Notes under the pieces: model-generated | Databases searched by the model: none | What the model saw: only the letters and a program-made list of their open reading frames with translations | What the model was told of the DNA's origin: nothing | Shown here: piece after piece, positions 28,362 through 37,611 of the stretch | How the letters are laid out: each line of letters starts with the position of its first letter | Position numbering within the stretch: the stretch's first letter is position 1 | Made by a program: the position numbers and the translations under genes | Source of the DNA: a bacterium | Lineage (GTDB): Bacteria > Pseudomonadota > Alphaproteobacteria > Rickettsiales > RI-342 | Length of the DNA: 64,000 nt | Reading direction: 5' to 3' | Assembly: GCA_016124905.1 (NCBI GenBank) | Contig: WGMV01000006.1 | Span: 10,157-74,156 of the forward strand

Positions 28362-28474
28362 GTAATCGCTCCGTTCTGTATCTTCACCCGCCCCGGCCTG
28401 CGCGACAGTACGTCGCGCTTCAGCCTTGGGCGGTGTCCCATTGCGAAATCAAGGAGGATTTCGCAGGGGACGAA

Positions 28475-29854
28475 TTAAATATTCGTACCGTCCTTCGCGG
28501 GCGGAACGGCATACCCATTGTCATTATACTCACGCAGCTTGTTACGCAGCGTGCGGATGGAAATGCCGAGGATATTCGCCGCCTGTGTGCGGTTGCCCAG
28601 GCAATGATCCAGCGTGCCGATGATGAGTTCGCGCTCCACGCTCTCCACCGTGCGTCCGATAAGCGGCACCGCCGCGCCGCTGCTGGCCGCCGGCTGTGGC
28701 GCGGGGGCGGGGGCCGGTGTCGGCGCAATGGCCGGGCTGATACTGTTGGCCGTAATATTGCCGGAAAGAAAGATCGCCTCAGGGCCGATTTCCGTTCCGC
28801 TTGCCAGCAGCACGGCGCGGTGCATGGTGTTTTCCAGCTCCCGCACGTTGCCCTGCCAGTGATAATTGAGCAGCTTGGTCAGCGCCGCATCGGAGAGCGG
28901 GCGCAGCGGCATGCCATTGGCTTTGGCGTATTTGGCAATAAAATGCTCGGCCAGCGGCTCGATATCTTCCTTACGCTCGCGCAGCGGGGGCAGATGCAGA
29001 TTGATTACATTCAGGCGGAAAAACAGATCCTCGCGGAATTCACCCTTGGCCACCGCCTCCTGCAGGTCGCGGTTGGAGGTGGCGATGATGCGGATATCCA
29101 CTTTCACGGGGCTGTTGCCACCCACGCGGTCGATCACCCGTTCCTGAATTGCCCTCAGCAGTTTAGCCTGCAGGCGAATGTCCATTTCGCTGATCTCATC
29201 GAGAAACAGCGTGCCGCCGTTGGCTTCCTCAAACTTGCCGATGCGCCGCGCCACGGCACCCGTGAAGGCGCCTTTCTCATGGCCGAATAATTCGGATTCC
29301 ATCAGGTTTTCCGGAATGGCCGCGCAATTGACCGACACCAGCTTTTGCGTGGCGCGGCGGCTTTTCTGGTGAATGATGCGCGCCATCACTTCCTTGCCCG
29401 TGCCGGACTCACCGGTCACCAGCACGCTTGCGTCGGATTTGGCGACCTGCTCGGCCAGTCCGATCGTCTTTTTCATCGCATCGGAGGTGAACACCACATC
29501 ATGATCTTCCGAGGCAATCGCCTCAAACACCGCGGCAATCAAATCCGCCTCCGGCGGCAGCGGCAGATATTCCTTCGCTCCCGCGCGGATGGCCTGCACC
29601 GCGTCGTCGCTGGTGGCGTTGAAGCCGCAGCCCACCACCGGCACGCAGATGCGCTCCTGCTCGAGCGATTGCACCAGCTTGGCGATATTATCCTTCACAT
29701 CCATCAAAATCAGGTCGGCGCTTTTGCCGCCGCGCAAAATGTCCAGCGCTTCGTCCACACCGCCCGCCTGCATCACGCGCGCCCCACGGTCCCGCGCGAT
29801 TTTGCTGGCTGCGATGAATTGGCCTTCCAGCTCGCCGATGATAAGCAATTGCAT
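28475..29854 (-). CDS. flbD: Sigma-54-dependent flagellar activator, FlbD type
   Basis: The receiver-like N-terminus MQLLIIGELEGQ... lacks the DD acidic pocket. AAA+ domain (GESGTGKE, GAFTGA). C-terminal Fis HTH (AANILGISIRTLRNKLREY). It sits downstream of fliN, as in the Caulobacter fliF operon. Confidence 0.8.
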   Translation of the reverse strand: MQLLIIGELEGQFIAASKIARDRGARVMQAGGVDEALDILRGGKSADLILMDVKDNIAKLVQSLEQERICVPVVGCGFNATSDDAVQAIRAGAKEYLPLPPEADLIAAVFEAIASEDHDVVFTSDAMKKTIGLAEQVAKSDASVLVTGESGTGKEVMARIIHQKSRRATQKLVSVNCAAIPENLMESELFGHEKGAFTGAVARRIGKFEEANGGTLFLDEISEMDIRLQAKLLRAIQERVIDRVGGNSPVKVDIRIIATSNRDLQEAVAKGEFREDLFFRLNVINLHLPPLRERKEDIEPLAEHFIAKYAKANGMPLRPLSDAALTKLLNYHWQGNVRELENTMHRAVLLASGTEIGPEAIFLSGNITANSISPAIAPTPAPAPAPQPAASSGAAVPLIGRTVESVERELIIGTLDHCLGNRTQAANILGISIRTLRNKLREYNDNGYAVPPAKDGTNI

Positions 29855-29868
29855 AGTCTAGCCCTCTA

Positions 29869-30681
29869 TCACGATGCTTTCGCTAACGGTTTAGGTGAAA
29901 CATGGTATTTCAACGGCGGCAGGATGGTCGCCAGCGCCATCTCAAGCTTGCGCGGGTTTTCCTGCCGCGCGATGGAAAGGATGCCCTCCAGCTGGATATG
30001 CCGCACCAGCAGTTCCTCGTCCGTGTTGCGTTCCAGCTTGGTTGCCAGCGGTATGAACAGCACATAGGCCAGCAGCGCGCCGTAAAGTGTGGTCAGCAGC
30101 GCAATGGCCATCGCCGGGCCGAGCTTGCTCGGGTCCGACAGGTTGCCAAGCATCTGCACCAAGCCGATCAGCGTGCCGATCAGCCCCATCGCCGGGGCGA
30201 TGTCCGCCGCCTTGCGGAAAATGGACACCCCCTTGTTATGCCGTTCGGCGAGCGAGTGGATATCCTGCATCAGCAATTGTTCCACTTTGTCGGGTGCCAC
30301 ATTGTCCACCACCATCGCCATGCCTTTTTCCATGAAGGCGTCCAGCGTGCCTTTGGCGATGTTGTTCTGCAGCGCCAGCAGGTTGTTTTTGCGGGCGTGC
30401 CGTGCCAGATCGAGCATGGATTCCGCCGTTTGCAGCGCATTGTAATGCGGGTACACAACCGTCTTTCCAACCAGCCCCGTGGCGCGGAGCATATCACCCA
30501 GCGTAAAACAGGCCGTGGTCACCGCCAGCGTGCCGCCCAGCACCAGCAGGGCGGAGGCCAGGTCGAGATAAGGGGCAAGGGCGCCGTTTTCCAGAATGGC
30601 GGCCGCCACGATGCCAAGAGCAAAAAGAATGCCGAAGGCGGTCGCGAGGTCAAAACGGCGTTCGGGAGCTTGCAGGGACAT
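29869..30681 (-). CDS. motA: Flagellar stator protein MotA (MotA/TolQ/ExbB family)
   Basis: 270 aa, 4 TM. The conserved C-terminal half is GLIGTLIGLVQMLGNLSDPSKLGPAMAIALLTTLYGALLA. It is embedded in the flagellar operon with no adjacent motB. Confidence 0.75.
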   Translation of the reverse strand: MSLQAPERRFDLATAFGILFALGIVAAAILENGALAPYLDLASALLVLGGTLAVTTACFTLGDMLRATGLVGKTVVYPHYNALQTAESMLDLARHARKNNLLALQNNIAKGTLDAFMEKGMAMVVDNVAPDKVEQLLMQDIHSLAERHNKGVSIFRKAADIAPAMGLIGTLIGLVQMLGNLSDPSKLGPAMAIALLTTLYGALLAYVLFIPLATKLERNTDEELLVRHIQLEGILSIARQENPRKLEMALATILPPLKYHVSPKPLAKAS

Positions 30682-30682
30682 G

Positions 30683-30958
30683 CTAGACGTTCTTGTCGCT
30701 TTTGATGATTTCCGTCATGGTGATGCCGATACGGTCTTCCACCACCACCACCTCGCCACGTGCGACCAGGCGGTTATTCACGAGGATGTCGATCGGCTCG
30801 CCCACCTTGCGGTCCAGCTCGATCACGGCCCCGCGGCCCAGCTTGAGCAACTGGCTCACCTGCATCTGCGTGCGGCCCAGCACTACCGACACCTGCACGG
30901 GGATGTCATACATCGCCTCCAGGGTCAGGTTGCCTTCCGTTTCCATAATGTCGCTCAT
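30683..30958 (-). CDS. fliN: Flagellar motor switch protein FliN
   Basis: 91 aa. SpoA/FliN domain VSVVLGRTQMQVSQLLKLGRGAVIELDRKVGEPIDILVNNRLVARGEVVVV. Confidence 0.88.
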   Translation of the reverse strand: MSDIMETEGNLTLEAMYDIPVQVSVVLGRTQMQVSQLLKLGRGAVIELDRKVGEPIDILVNNRLVARGEVVVVEDRIGITMTEIIKSDKNV

Positions 30959-30985
30959 AAGGGCTCCTCTCTTGACCGTGACAGT

Positions 30986-31897
30986 TTACACGCTCGTATG
31001 TGGTTGAACAGGGGTTTCTGATGCCGTTGCGGATTCCATTGTTTCGGCTGTCTCGGCTGCCGGATGGTTGCTGGTTTCTTTCGCAGCACTTGCGGCCTCG
31101 CCTTCGTCGGCATGCTTGAGGATGGCCGCGATCTCCGCCAGGATGGCATTGCTGTCGCGCACCACATGCCCGTGGTTCCAGTCAATCGCCGCGTCGCCGT
31201 CGCCCAGTGCGCTGTCGCCCGTGCAATGAATCTGCCCTTTGAATCCGCTTTCCTTGGCCAGTTTCTCGCATACCGGCTTCATCATCTCCACCAGATCCGG
31301 CGTCACGCGCACGCGCAGCTCGGGCAGGGCGGTCTGCGCCTCCAGCACGTTGGAGAGCATGGGAATAATGGAGTCCAGCGGATAGCGCGCAAGCGCCGCG
31401 CCTGCCAGCTTTTTGGCAATGCCAAGCGCCAGCCGCAGCACATCCTGCTGTTGGGATTTCGTATGTTCCATTGCCTCGCCGAATGCCTGCATCAGCTGCA
31501 GGTTCAAGGCCTGGGTGGCGGCTTCCAGTGCATGGTGATGGCGGGTAACGGCCTTTTCCACCGCTTCTTTCATTTTCACTTCATATTCGGCCTTAGTCTC
31601 TGCACGGCCCTGTTCCAGGCCCTTTTGCGTGCCTTCTTCCAGCCCGGCATGCTGGCCCGCGCTGTAGCCTTCGTCATAGCCGCGCTGCGCGGCCTCTTTC
31701 ACCTCTTCGTCGCTGATAGGCGGTTTTTCAAGCAGCGCAGCCTGTTCCGCCTCATGCATCATCTGGCGTTTGGATTTGAACAGCGGCTGAAAATGCGCCG
31801 CCTCCTCGGCTTCCTGAAAACTGCCCACCACCACGCCGGCCAGCTCGCGGTGGTCGCGGTCGTTGATGGTGCGGAAGCTGAATTTCTCAAAACGCAT
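30986..31897 (-). CDS. fliH: Flagellar assembly protein FliH (FlbE-like)
   Basis: 303 aa. Charged coiled-coil N-terminal half (GYDEGYSAGQHAGLEEGTQKGLEQGRAE). Located between fliG and fliN. Confidence 0.65.
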   Translation of the reverse strand: MRFEKFSFRTINDRDHRELAGVVVGSFQEAEEAAHFQPLFKSKRQMMHEAEQAALLEKPPISDEEVKEAAQRGYDEGYSAGQHAGLEEGTQKGLEQGRAETKAEYEVKMKEAVEKAVTRHHHALEAATQALNLQLMQAFGEAMEHTKSQQQDVLRLALGIAKKLAGAALARYPLDSIIPMLSNVLEAQTALPELRVRVTPDLVEMMKPVCEKLAKESGFKGQIHCTGDSALGDGDAAIDWNHGHVVRDSNAILAEIAAILKHADEGEAASAAKETSNHPAAETAETMESATASETPVQPHTSV

Positions 31898-31911
31898 AAG
31901 CTCTCAATTCA

Positions 31912-32931
31912 TCAGTAGATAAGTTGGTCTTCGCCGGACGTATCGGCAATCACGATCTCGCCCTTGTTGGCCAGTTCCTTGGCCTTCATCACAATGGCCA
32001 TCTGCGCCTCGTCCACATCTTTCAGGCGGACAGGACCCATCGCCTCCATATCCTCCTGCATGATTTTGGCCGCGCGTTCGGACATGTTGGAGAAGAACAG
32101 GTCGCGCAGCGCATCCGATGCGCCCTTGAGCGCCACGGCCAGCTTGTCCTTGTCGATGCCGCGGATGAGCGTCTGGATGCCCATCGGGTCGATCTTGGTG
32201 AGGTCCTCGAAGGTGAACATCAGCTGGCGGATGCGCTCGGCCGCTTCGTTGTCGCGGTCCTCCAGGTGAGTCATGAACTTGGCCTCGGTGGATCGGTCGA
32301 AATTGTTGAAGATCTCTGCCATCACCTCATGCGTATCGCGGCGCTGGGTTTTGGCGAGGTTGGACATGAACTCGTTTTTCAGTGTGCGTTCCACTCCATC
32401 AAGCACTTCCTTCTTCACCGGCTCGATTTTCAGCATGCGCATGATGGCTTCCATGGCAAAGTCATCCGGCAATTGCGTCAGCACGCGGGCCGCATGGTCT
32501 GGTTTGAGTTTGGAAAGGACAAGGGCTACCGTCTGCGGGTATTCGTTTTTCAAATAGGCCGCCAGCAGTTCCTCGCTCACGTTGCCGAGCTTGTCCCACG
32601 TGGTGCGGCCGGCCGGACCGCGAATATCTTCCATGATCTGTGCCACCCGGTCTTTACCCAGCGCTTTGGCAAGCAGACGTTCGGTGGAATCATACGTGCC
32701 CACCACCGCGCCGGTGCCGGACATATCCTCCACGAATTCGAGGAAGATCTTCTCCACCGAATCGTTGCTGATGCGTCCAAGGCTCGACATGGCGTGGGAG
32801 ATGTCGCGGATCTCGTCATCCGTCATCATGGAGAACAGCTTGCCTGCGCTTTCCTCGCCGCAGGCCATCATGAAGATCGCGGTCTTCTCGAGCCCGGTGA
32901 GTTTGCGGTAATCTTCAAGCTTCGGCGCCAT
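31912..32931 (-). CDS. fliG: Flagellar motor switch protein FliG
   Basis: 339 aa. Typical FliG repeats ([17 protein letters not shown]..., MFTFEDL, and the charged C-terminal torque helix). Confidence 0.9.
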   Translation of the reverse strand: MAPKLEDYRKLTGLEKTAIFMMACGEESAGKLFSMMTDDEIRDISHAMSSLGRISNDSVEKIFLEFVEDMSGTGAVVGTYDSTERLLAKALGKDRVAQIMEDIRGPAGRTTWDKLGNVSEELLAAYLKNEYPQTVALVLSKLKPDHAARVLTQLPDDFAMEAIMRMLKIEPVKKEVLDGVERTLKNEFMSNLAKTQRRDTHEVMAEIFNNFDRSTEAKFMTHLEDRDNEAAERIRQLMFTFEDLTKIDPMGIQTLIRGIDKDKLAVALKGASDALRDLFFSNMSERAAKIMQEDMEAMGPVRLKDVDEAQMAIVMKAKELANKGEIVIADTSGEDQLIY

Positions 32932-32942
32932 GATATCCGTTC

Positions 32943-34616
32943 CTATTTATCGTTGGTGAGCCAGCCGCGGAGCACGTTCAGCGCTTCCTCGGGGTTTTTG
33001 TCGATCAGTGCCGTCACGCGGCGCATCGAGGAGGATTTGATGCCGCCCTCGATCCCCATGATGCTGACGAGCGTATCGTCTTCCAGCATATCGTTCATGG
33101 GCTGCCCATCGGGGCCGATGGGCACGCCGCGCTGGTCGGTCAACTGCCCAGCCACCTGGTTGCTTGGCAGAAGCGCATTGACGTCTTCGGGCTCTTCTTC
33201 GGTGAAGGTCGTCGTCTCAATCGCGCGGTTCACCAGCGGACGGATAACCAGCAGGATAGCCAGGATAGCCACAATCCCGAGGATGGCCGTCTGCAGAATA
33301 TTGTGGAAGTCATCCTTCAGCCAATCCAGTGAGGAGGGCGGCTTCATATCGTCCAGAGAGCCGGAGAAGGGCATATTAACGACCTGCACCATATCGCCGC
33401 GGTCGGCATCGAACCCGATGGCGGATTTCACCAGCTTGCCGATCTGCTCAAGCTCCTCGGGGCTGCGCTCGACATATTTCATCGCAGCGCCGTCTTCGCT
33501 TGCCTTCATCGTGCCGTTTACCAGCACAGCGACCGAGATTTTCTGCACTGTGCCGATTTCCTGGACCTGGTTGATCTCTTCTTTTGAGATTTCGTAATTG
33601 ATGGTCTCGTCGCTTTTGCTCTTCTGGTTTTCCGTCACCAGCCCGGCATTTTCGGGATTGGGGTCGGGCAGGTTGTTTTTCACCGTCACGTTGGTGTCCT
33701 GCGATTTTTCTTTGCTCTGCTCTTTTTCGTCAATCGTCTGGGTGGATCGCGCAACCTGGCCGTCCGGGTTGAAATTCTCGGATTTTTTCACAATACGGTC
33801 AAAGTCGATATCGGCGGTGACGTTGGCCTTCACATTGCCCAGGCCGACCGTCTGCTCGAGAAGCTCCTCAATCTGCTTCTTCATGCGTTGCTCGTAACGC
33901 ACGCGGTATTCATCAGCCTCGCTGGCGGCTTCGCCGATGTCATTTTCATCCAGCGCGCCGCGTGCAAGCAGCTTGCCGGTATTGTCCACCAGCGTAATGC
34001 GGTTGAGCTCAAGCCCCGGCACAGCGGTGGAAACGAGATGACGGATGGATTGGATTTCCTGCTTGGCCAGCGTCTTGCCGTTTTTCATGGTCACCACCAC
34101 CGAGGCCGTCGGCGGCTGCATGTTGCGGGAGAAAAGCTCGCGTTTGGGAATCACCACATGCACGCGCGCCTCGGAAATCGGGTCCAGCGTGGCGATGGAG
34201 CGGGCGAGCTCGCCTTCCAGCGCGCGCATGTAATTGACGTTATTGACGAACTGGCTGGTTCCCAGCGCTTCGTTTTTATCAAAAATCTCAAAACCCACGC
34301 CGGAATTGGCATTGGGCATGCCCTGGCCCGCCAGTTGCACGCGGGTGCGGTCCACCTTGGTGTCCGGCACAAAAATCTGCGTGCCGCCGGCGCGTAATTC
34401 ATAAGGAATCTGGTTTTGCTCCAGATAGGTGACAATGCCGCTGCTCTCTTCGGGCTTCAGGTTGCTGTAGAGCAGCTCCATCGGGCCGGTGCTGCTTCCG
34501 CGCATGCCCAGAAAAGTGAAAAACCCCAGCATCAGGGCCGCAACACCCCCGATAATGCCGAGTTTCATTGGGCCTAAATCTTTGATTTGCTGCAGCATGG
34601 CACCTTCACTTCGCAT
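32943..34616 (-). CDS. fliF: Flagellar MS-ring protein FliF
   Basis: 557 aa with N- and C-terminal TM segments and a YscJ/FliF periplasmic domain. An alternative start at ATG-34598 (MLQQIKDLG...) has the better GAAGG spacing. Confidence 0.88.
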   Translation of the reverse strand: MRSEGAMLQQIKDLGPMKLGIIGGVAALMLGFFTFLGMRGSSTGPMELLYSNLKPEESSGIVTYLEQNQIPYELRAGGTQIFVPDTKVDRTRVQLAGQGMPNANSGVGFEIFDKNEALGTSQFVNNVNYMRALEGELARSIATLDPISEARVHVVIPKRELFSRNMQPPTASVVVTMKNGKTLAKQEIQSIRHLVSTAVPGLELNRITLVDNTGKLLARGALDENDIGEAASEADEYRVRYEQRMKKQIEELLEQTVGLGNVKANVTADIDFDRIVKKSENFNPDGQVARSTQTIDEKEQSKEKSQDTNVTVKNNLPDPNPENAGLVTENQKSKSDETINYEISKEEINQVQEIGTVQKISVAVLVNGTMKASEDGAAMKYVERSPEELEQIGKLVKSAIGFDADRGDMVQVVNMPFSGSLDDMKPPSSLDWLKDDFHNILQTAILGIVAILAILLVIRPLVNRAIETTTFTEEEPEDVNALLPSNQVAGQLTDQRGVPIGPDGQPMNDMLEDDTLVSIMGIEGGIKSSSMRRVTALIDKNPEEALNVLRGWLTNDK

Positions 34617-34780
34617 CCCTGTTGATACAGGATGTAGATGCTAAACTAACACTTGCGAAGTGAAAAATTCGTTAACAATAGGCAAAATTTGCCTAGTATT
34701 CGCATATTTTTTCGTGGGTCACATAAAAATTCTATAGGAATGCAATCTGTTGGAAAAATCATCAACAGATGAAAATTTTT

Positions 34781-35584
34781 TTAGCCTTGAAAAGCCTCGT
34801 CAAATATTTCCGTCAGGCCGTAAATCACCATCGGCAGAATCACCAGCAAAGGCAGAATTCCCATCACCCCGCCAAGGGTGAGGATGGCCATCAGCGTGAA
34901 CAGAATGCCGAAATTATCCGCATTCATGCTGGTCACGGCCTTGCGGCTTGCACCCATCGCCTGTTTAAAGCCCATGCCGCGTTCCATGATCAGGAGCGGT
35001 GTGAAGGCAAACAGCGAGAGCACCAGAATGCCCGGTGCCAGAAACAGCACGGAGCCGACCATCACCGGTATGCTGAGTACAAGTCCTGCCAGAAACAGGT
35101 CTTTCTTCTTATCCTTCGCACGGGCCTTCAGCTCGGAAAGTTCAAGAAACTGCCCACGAGAGAACTTGGCGATATAGGTAAACAGAATGCCGTAAATCAA
35201 AAAGCCGATCGCAAATGCCGGAATCAGCCCGATATAAAAAGGAATCCTCACCAGCAGGGCGCACAACACCACGGTGATGATCAGGCCAATGCCCGTTGCC
35301 TTCAGCGCATGGGTGCTGGTACTGGCGAATTTCCAGCCGCCCTTGATGATCTGCTTGAGGTCCAGCGGGCCGCGATGCGCGGGCGCGCTGGCGGGGTAAT
35401 GGTCAAGGTCGTTTTGAAAAAACTGCTGCAGTTCCTGATACTGGCTGGCAGGCAAGTGCGTCTGGCTTGCATCGGTGCGCACCAGTGAATTGGGTTGAAG
35501 GCTGCCGTTCTTGACCTTGCGTACCAGCCCGGCCATGTCATAGGGGCCCGTTTCCTGGCCTTCGTGCATGATATAAAACAGCAT
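34781..35584 (-). CDS. Membrane protein with N-terminal GYF_2 (DUF4339)-like domain
   Basis: The N-terminus MLFYIMHEGQETGPYDMAGLVRKVKNGSLQPNSLV fits the GYF_2 pattern. About 5 predicted TM helices follow. Confidence 0.5.
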   Translation of the reverse strand: MLFYIMHEGQETGPYDMAGLVRKVKNGSLQPNSLVRTDASQTHLPASQYQELQQFFQNDLDHYPASAPAHRGPLDLKQIIKGGWKFASTSTHALKATGIGLIITVVLCALLVRIPFYIGLIPAFAIGFLIYGILFTYIAKFSRGQFLELSELKARAKDKKKDLFLAGLVLSIPVMVGSVLFLAPGILVLSLFAFTPLLIMERGMGFKQAMGASRKAVTSMNADNFGILFTLMAILTLGGVMGILPLLVILPMVIYGLTEIFDEAFQG

Positions 35585-35743
35585 GTGCTTTTCCTCCTGA
35601 GTGGCAGCATAAAGGGAGGATGGTGAAGGAAGGATTACTCGTCCCGGCTCCGGTTCGAATTTCTAACCAAGCAATCACTAATTGCCGTTTGCGATCTAAA
35701 TTCCGTCAGACCGGTTGGGCTGGCTGCTGCTGAAGGTGGCGAA

Positions 35744-36109
35744 TCAGGCCGCGACGGTGGCGCCCTGTTTCACTTCGCCGCTTGCCTTGGTGATGGCGTC
35801 TGCCAGCGTGCCGAGGCAGGTCATGCCGCTCAGCGTGCGATGCAGGATCACGCAGCGTTTGTCGTGCTTGCTGCGCTCGCGCTTCACCAGGTTCTTGGCC
35901 GAAAGGCTGTCGATGGCGCGGCTCACGGCGGCTTTGGGGATGTTCAACTGCTCGGACAGCGTTTTGACGCTGTGCGGCGGTGCATCGATATAGATTTTCA
36001 GCAGAATAGCCATCTGACGCATGGACAGCTCGTCCAGGTCCTGCTCCAGGCATGCTTCATGCACCAGTTTCCAGAAGCGGAGTGCTTGCTGTTGCTGCGG
36101 CTGGCTCAT
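35744..36109 (-). CDS. MarR-family winged-helix transcriptional regulator
   Basis: 121 aa. wHTH LSMRQMAILLKIY...VKTLSEQLNIPKAAVSRAIDSLSAKNLVKRE. The start lies 6 nt after the upstream M17 gene stop. Confidence 0.65.
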   Translation of the reverse strand: MSQPQQQQALRFWKLVHEACLEQDLDELSMRQMAILLKIYIDAPPHSVKTLSEQLNIPKAAVSRAIDSLSAKNLVKRERSKHDKRCVILHRTLSGMTCLGTLADAITKASGEVKQGATVAA

Positions 36110-36115
36110 CTACGT

Positions 36116-37459
36116 CTACCTCCCATAACGTTGTGCGAGCCATGCGTAGATGGCCCGCATTCCCATGGCTTCCCCGCCTTTTGGCCGTCCGGGACGGCTT
36201 GACTGGTTCCATGCCATGGTGTCAATATGCATCCATAGTTTTGCACGTTCTACGAATGATTGCAAAAACAAAGCAGCTAAAATCGCACCGCCGGTTCCAT
36301 CATCGCCGGTTGAGTGCAAATCGGCAACAGTGCTATTCAGCCTTGTGCGGTAATCCTGCCATAGTGGCATAGGCCAGAGCGGGTCTTCCACCTGACGGGA
36401 AACAGCGGCCACCACCTGGGCTTCGGCATCATTGCTGCAGAACAGCGCGGGCATGTCGGTGCCAAGCGCTACGCGCGCCGCGCCCGTCAGCGTGGCAATA
36501 TCCACCAGCACATCCGGCTTGTCGCGGTCGGCCTCGGCCAGCGCATCGCATAATATCAGCCTGCCTTCGGCATCCGTGTTGCCCACTTCCACGGTCAGCC
36601 CCTTGCGGGTATGGATGACGTCGCTGGTGCGGTAGGCATTGCCGCTCACGGCATTTTCCACGGCGGGAATCAGCACACGCAGCCGCACCGGCAATGCGTC
36701 GCTCATGATGAGATGCGCCAGCCCCAGCACCATGGCCGCGCCGCCCATGTCTTTTTTCATCAGCTTCATGCCGGAAGATGGCTTGATGTCCAGCCCGCCC
36801 GTATCAAAGCACACGCCCTTGCCGACCAGGGTGATTTTCGGATGTTTCTTGTCCCCCCAGGTCAGGTCGATCAGGTGAGGGGCCTCGGCGCTGGCGCGGC
36901 CCACCGTATGGATGGCCTCAAACCCCTGTTCCAGCAGGGCGTTGCCCTTGATGACACGAATGGCGGCCTTATGCTGCTTTGCCAGCTTCCTTGCCGCCTC
37001 GGCCAGATGGCGTGGCATCATGTCGGCCGGCGGGGTGTTGATGAGGTCGCGCGCCAGATACACGGCCTGCTTCATGCTGGAATCATCCTTGGGGATGCCC
37101 GGCACATGCAGGCGCGGCAGGGATTTGGTCGCCTTTTTGTACCGCGTGAAACGGTAGCTCCCCAGCTCCCATCCCTGCTTCAGTTTAAGCAGGTCATTTT
37201 TCTTCCACTGGTCCTTTTCCAGCCGGTAATCCAGCGCGGGCAGCTGAAGCGGTGCGTCGCCCAATGTCCACAGCGACGGCTGCGGGTCGGCCACCACCAG
37301 CGCCAGGGCGGGCCTGCCGGTTTCGTCCGGCACCATCAACGCCTGGCCCAGCGGCGGTTTTTCGCCCCAGAAGCTGCGCACCCACTGCTGGGTGGCGGCG
37401 GGCTGGCTGCCCAGCCAATGGCGGAATTGCGGCGCTTGAATGACATGCAGCGGGATCAT
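36116..37459 (-). CDS. M17-family leucyl aminopeptidase paralog
   Basis: Catalytic-domain motifs VGKGVCFDTGG and NTDAEGRLILCDAL. Start chosen at ATG-37459 (MIPLHVIQ...). The track extension to 37576 runs through AT-rich promoter DNA. Confidence 0.75.
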   Translation of the reverse strand: MIPLHVIQAPQFRHWLGSQPAATQQWVRSFWGEKPPLGQALMVPDETGRPALALVVADPQPSLWTLGDAPLQLPALDYRLEKDQWKKNDLLKLKQGWELGSYRFTRYKKATKSLPRLHVPGIPKDDSSMKQAVYLARDLINTPPADMMPRHLAEAARKLAKQHKAAIRVIKGNALLEQGFEAIHTVGRASAEAPHLIDLTWGDKKHPKITLVGKGVCFDTGGLDIKPSSGMKLMKKDMGGAAMVLGLAHLIMSDALPVRLRVLIPAVENAVSGNAYRTSDVIHTRKGLTVEVGNTDAEGRLILCDALAEADRDKPDVLVDIATLTGAARVALGTDMPALFCSNDAEAQVVAAVSRQVEDPLWPMPLWQDYRTRLNSTVADLHSTGDDGTGGAILAALFLQSFVERAKLWMHIDTMAWNQSSRPGRPKGGEAMGMRAIYAWLAQRYGR

Positions 37460-37611
37460 GACCTGTCCGTATAATGATATTATCATCCATATATAGTATG
37501 AAAGCCCGGATTTGGCATCTGCGATGTGCGATTCTATCCGCATGCGGTGCGCCAGTGGAATTGAACAACCGCGCATGATGCGTTATGGCATAGATATACA
37601 TAGGGAGTTCC

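Noticed and set aside
28362-28474. Sigma-54 promoter (TGGCAC-N5-TTGC) for flhA. The fliF upstream region at 34617-34780 was checked as well
   Set aside because: The best candidates (TGGGAC...CCAAGG, and GGCAAATTTTGC with the wrong GG-GC spacing) do not fit the -24/-12 geometry.
35652-35660. GGTTCGAAT, a tRNA T-loop-like motif in the spacer upstream of the GYF-domain gene
   Set aside because: The flanking bases cannot form a T-stem (TCCGG versus TTCTA), and no acceptor or anticodon arms can be drawn.
37470-37486. Fur-box-like AT palindrome ATGATA-T-TATCAT overlapping TATAAT between the M17 paralog and gmk
   Set aside because: Only 11 of 19 positions match the classical Fur box, and the right half is out of register. 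It may simply be -10 promoter sequence in a divergent region. The neighbouring genes give no iron-related context.
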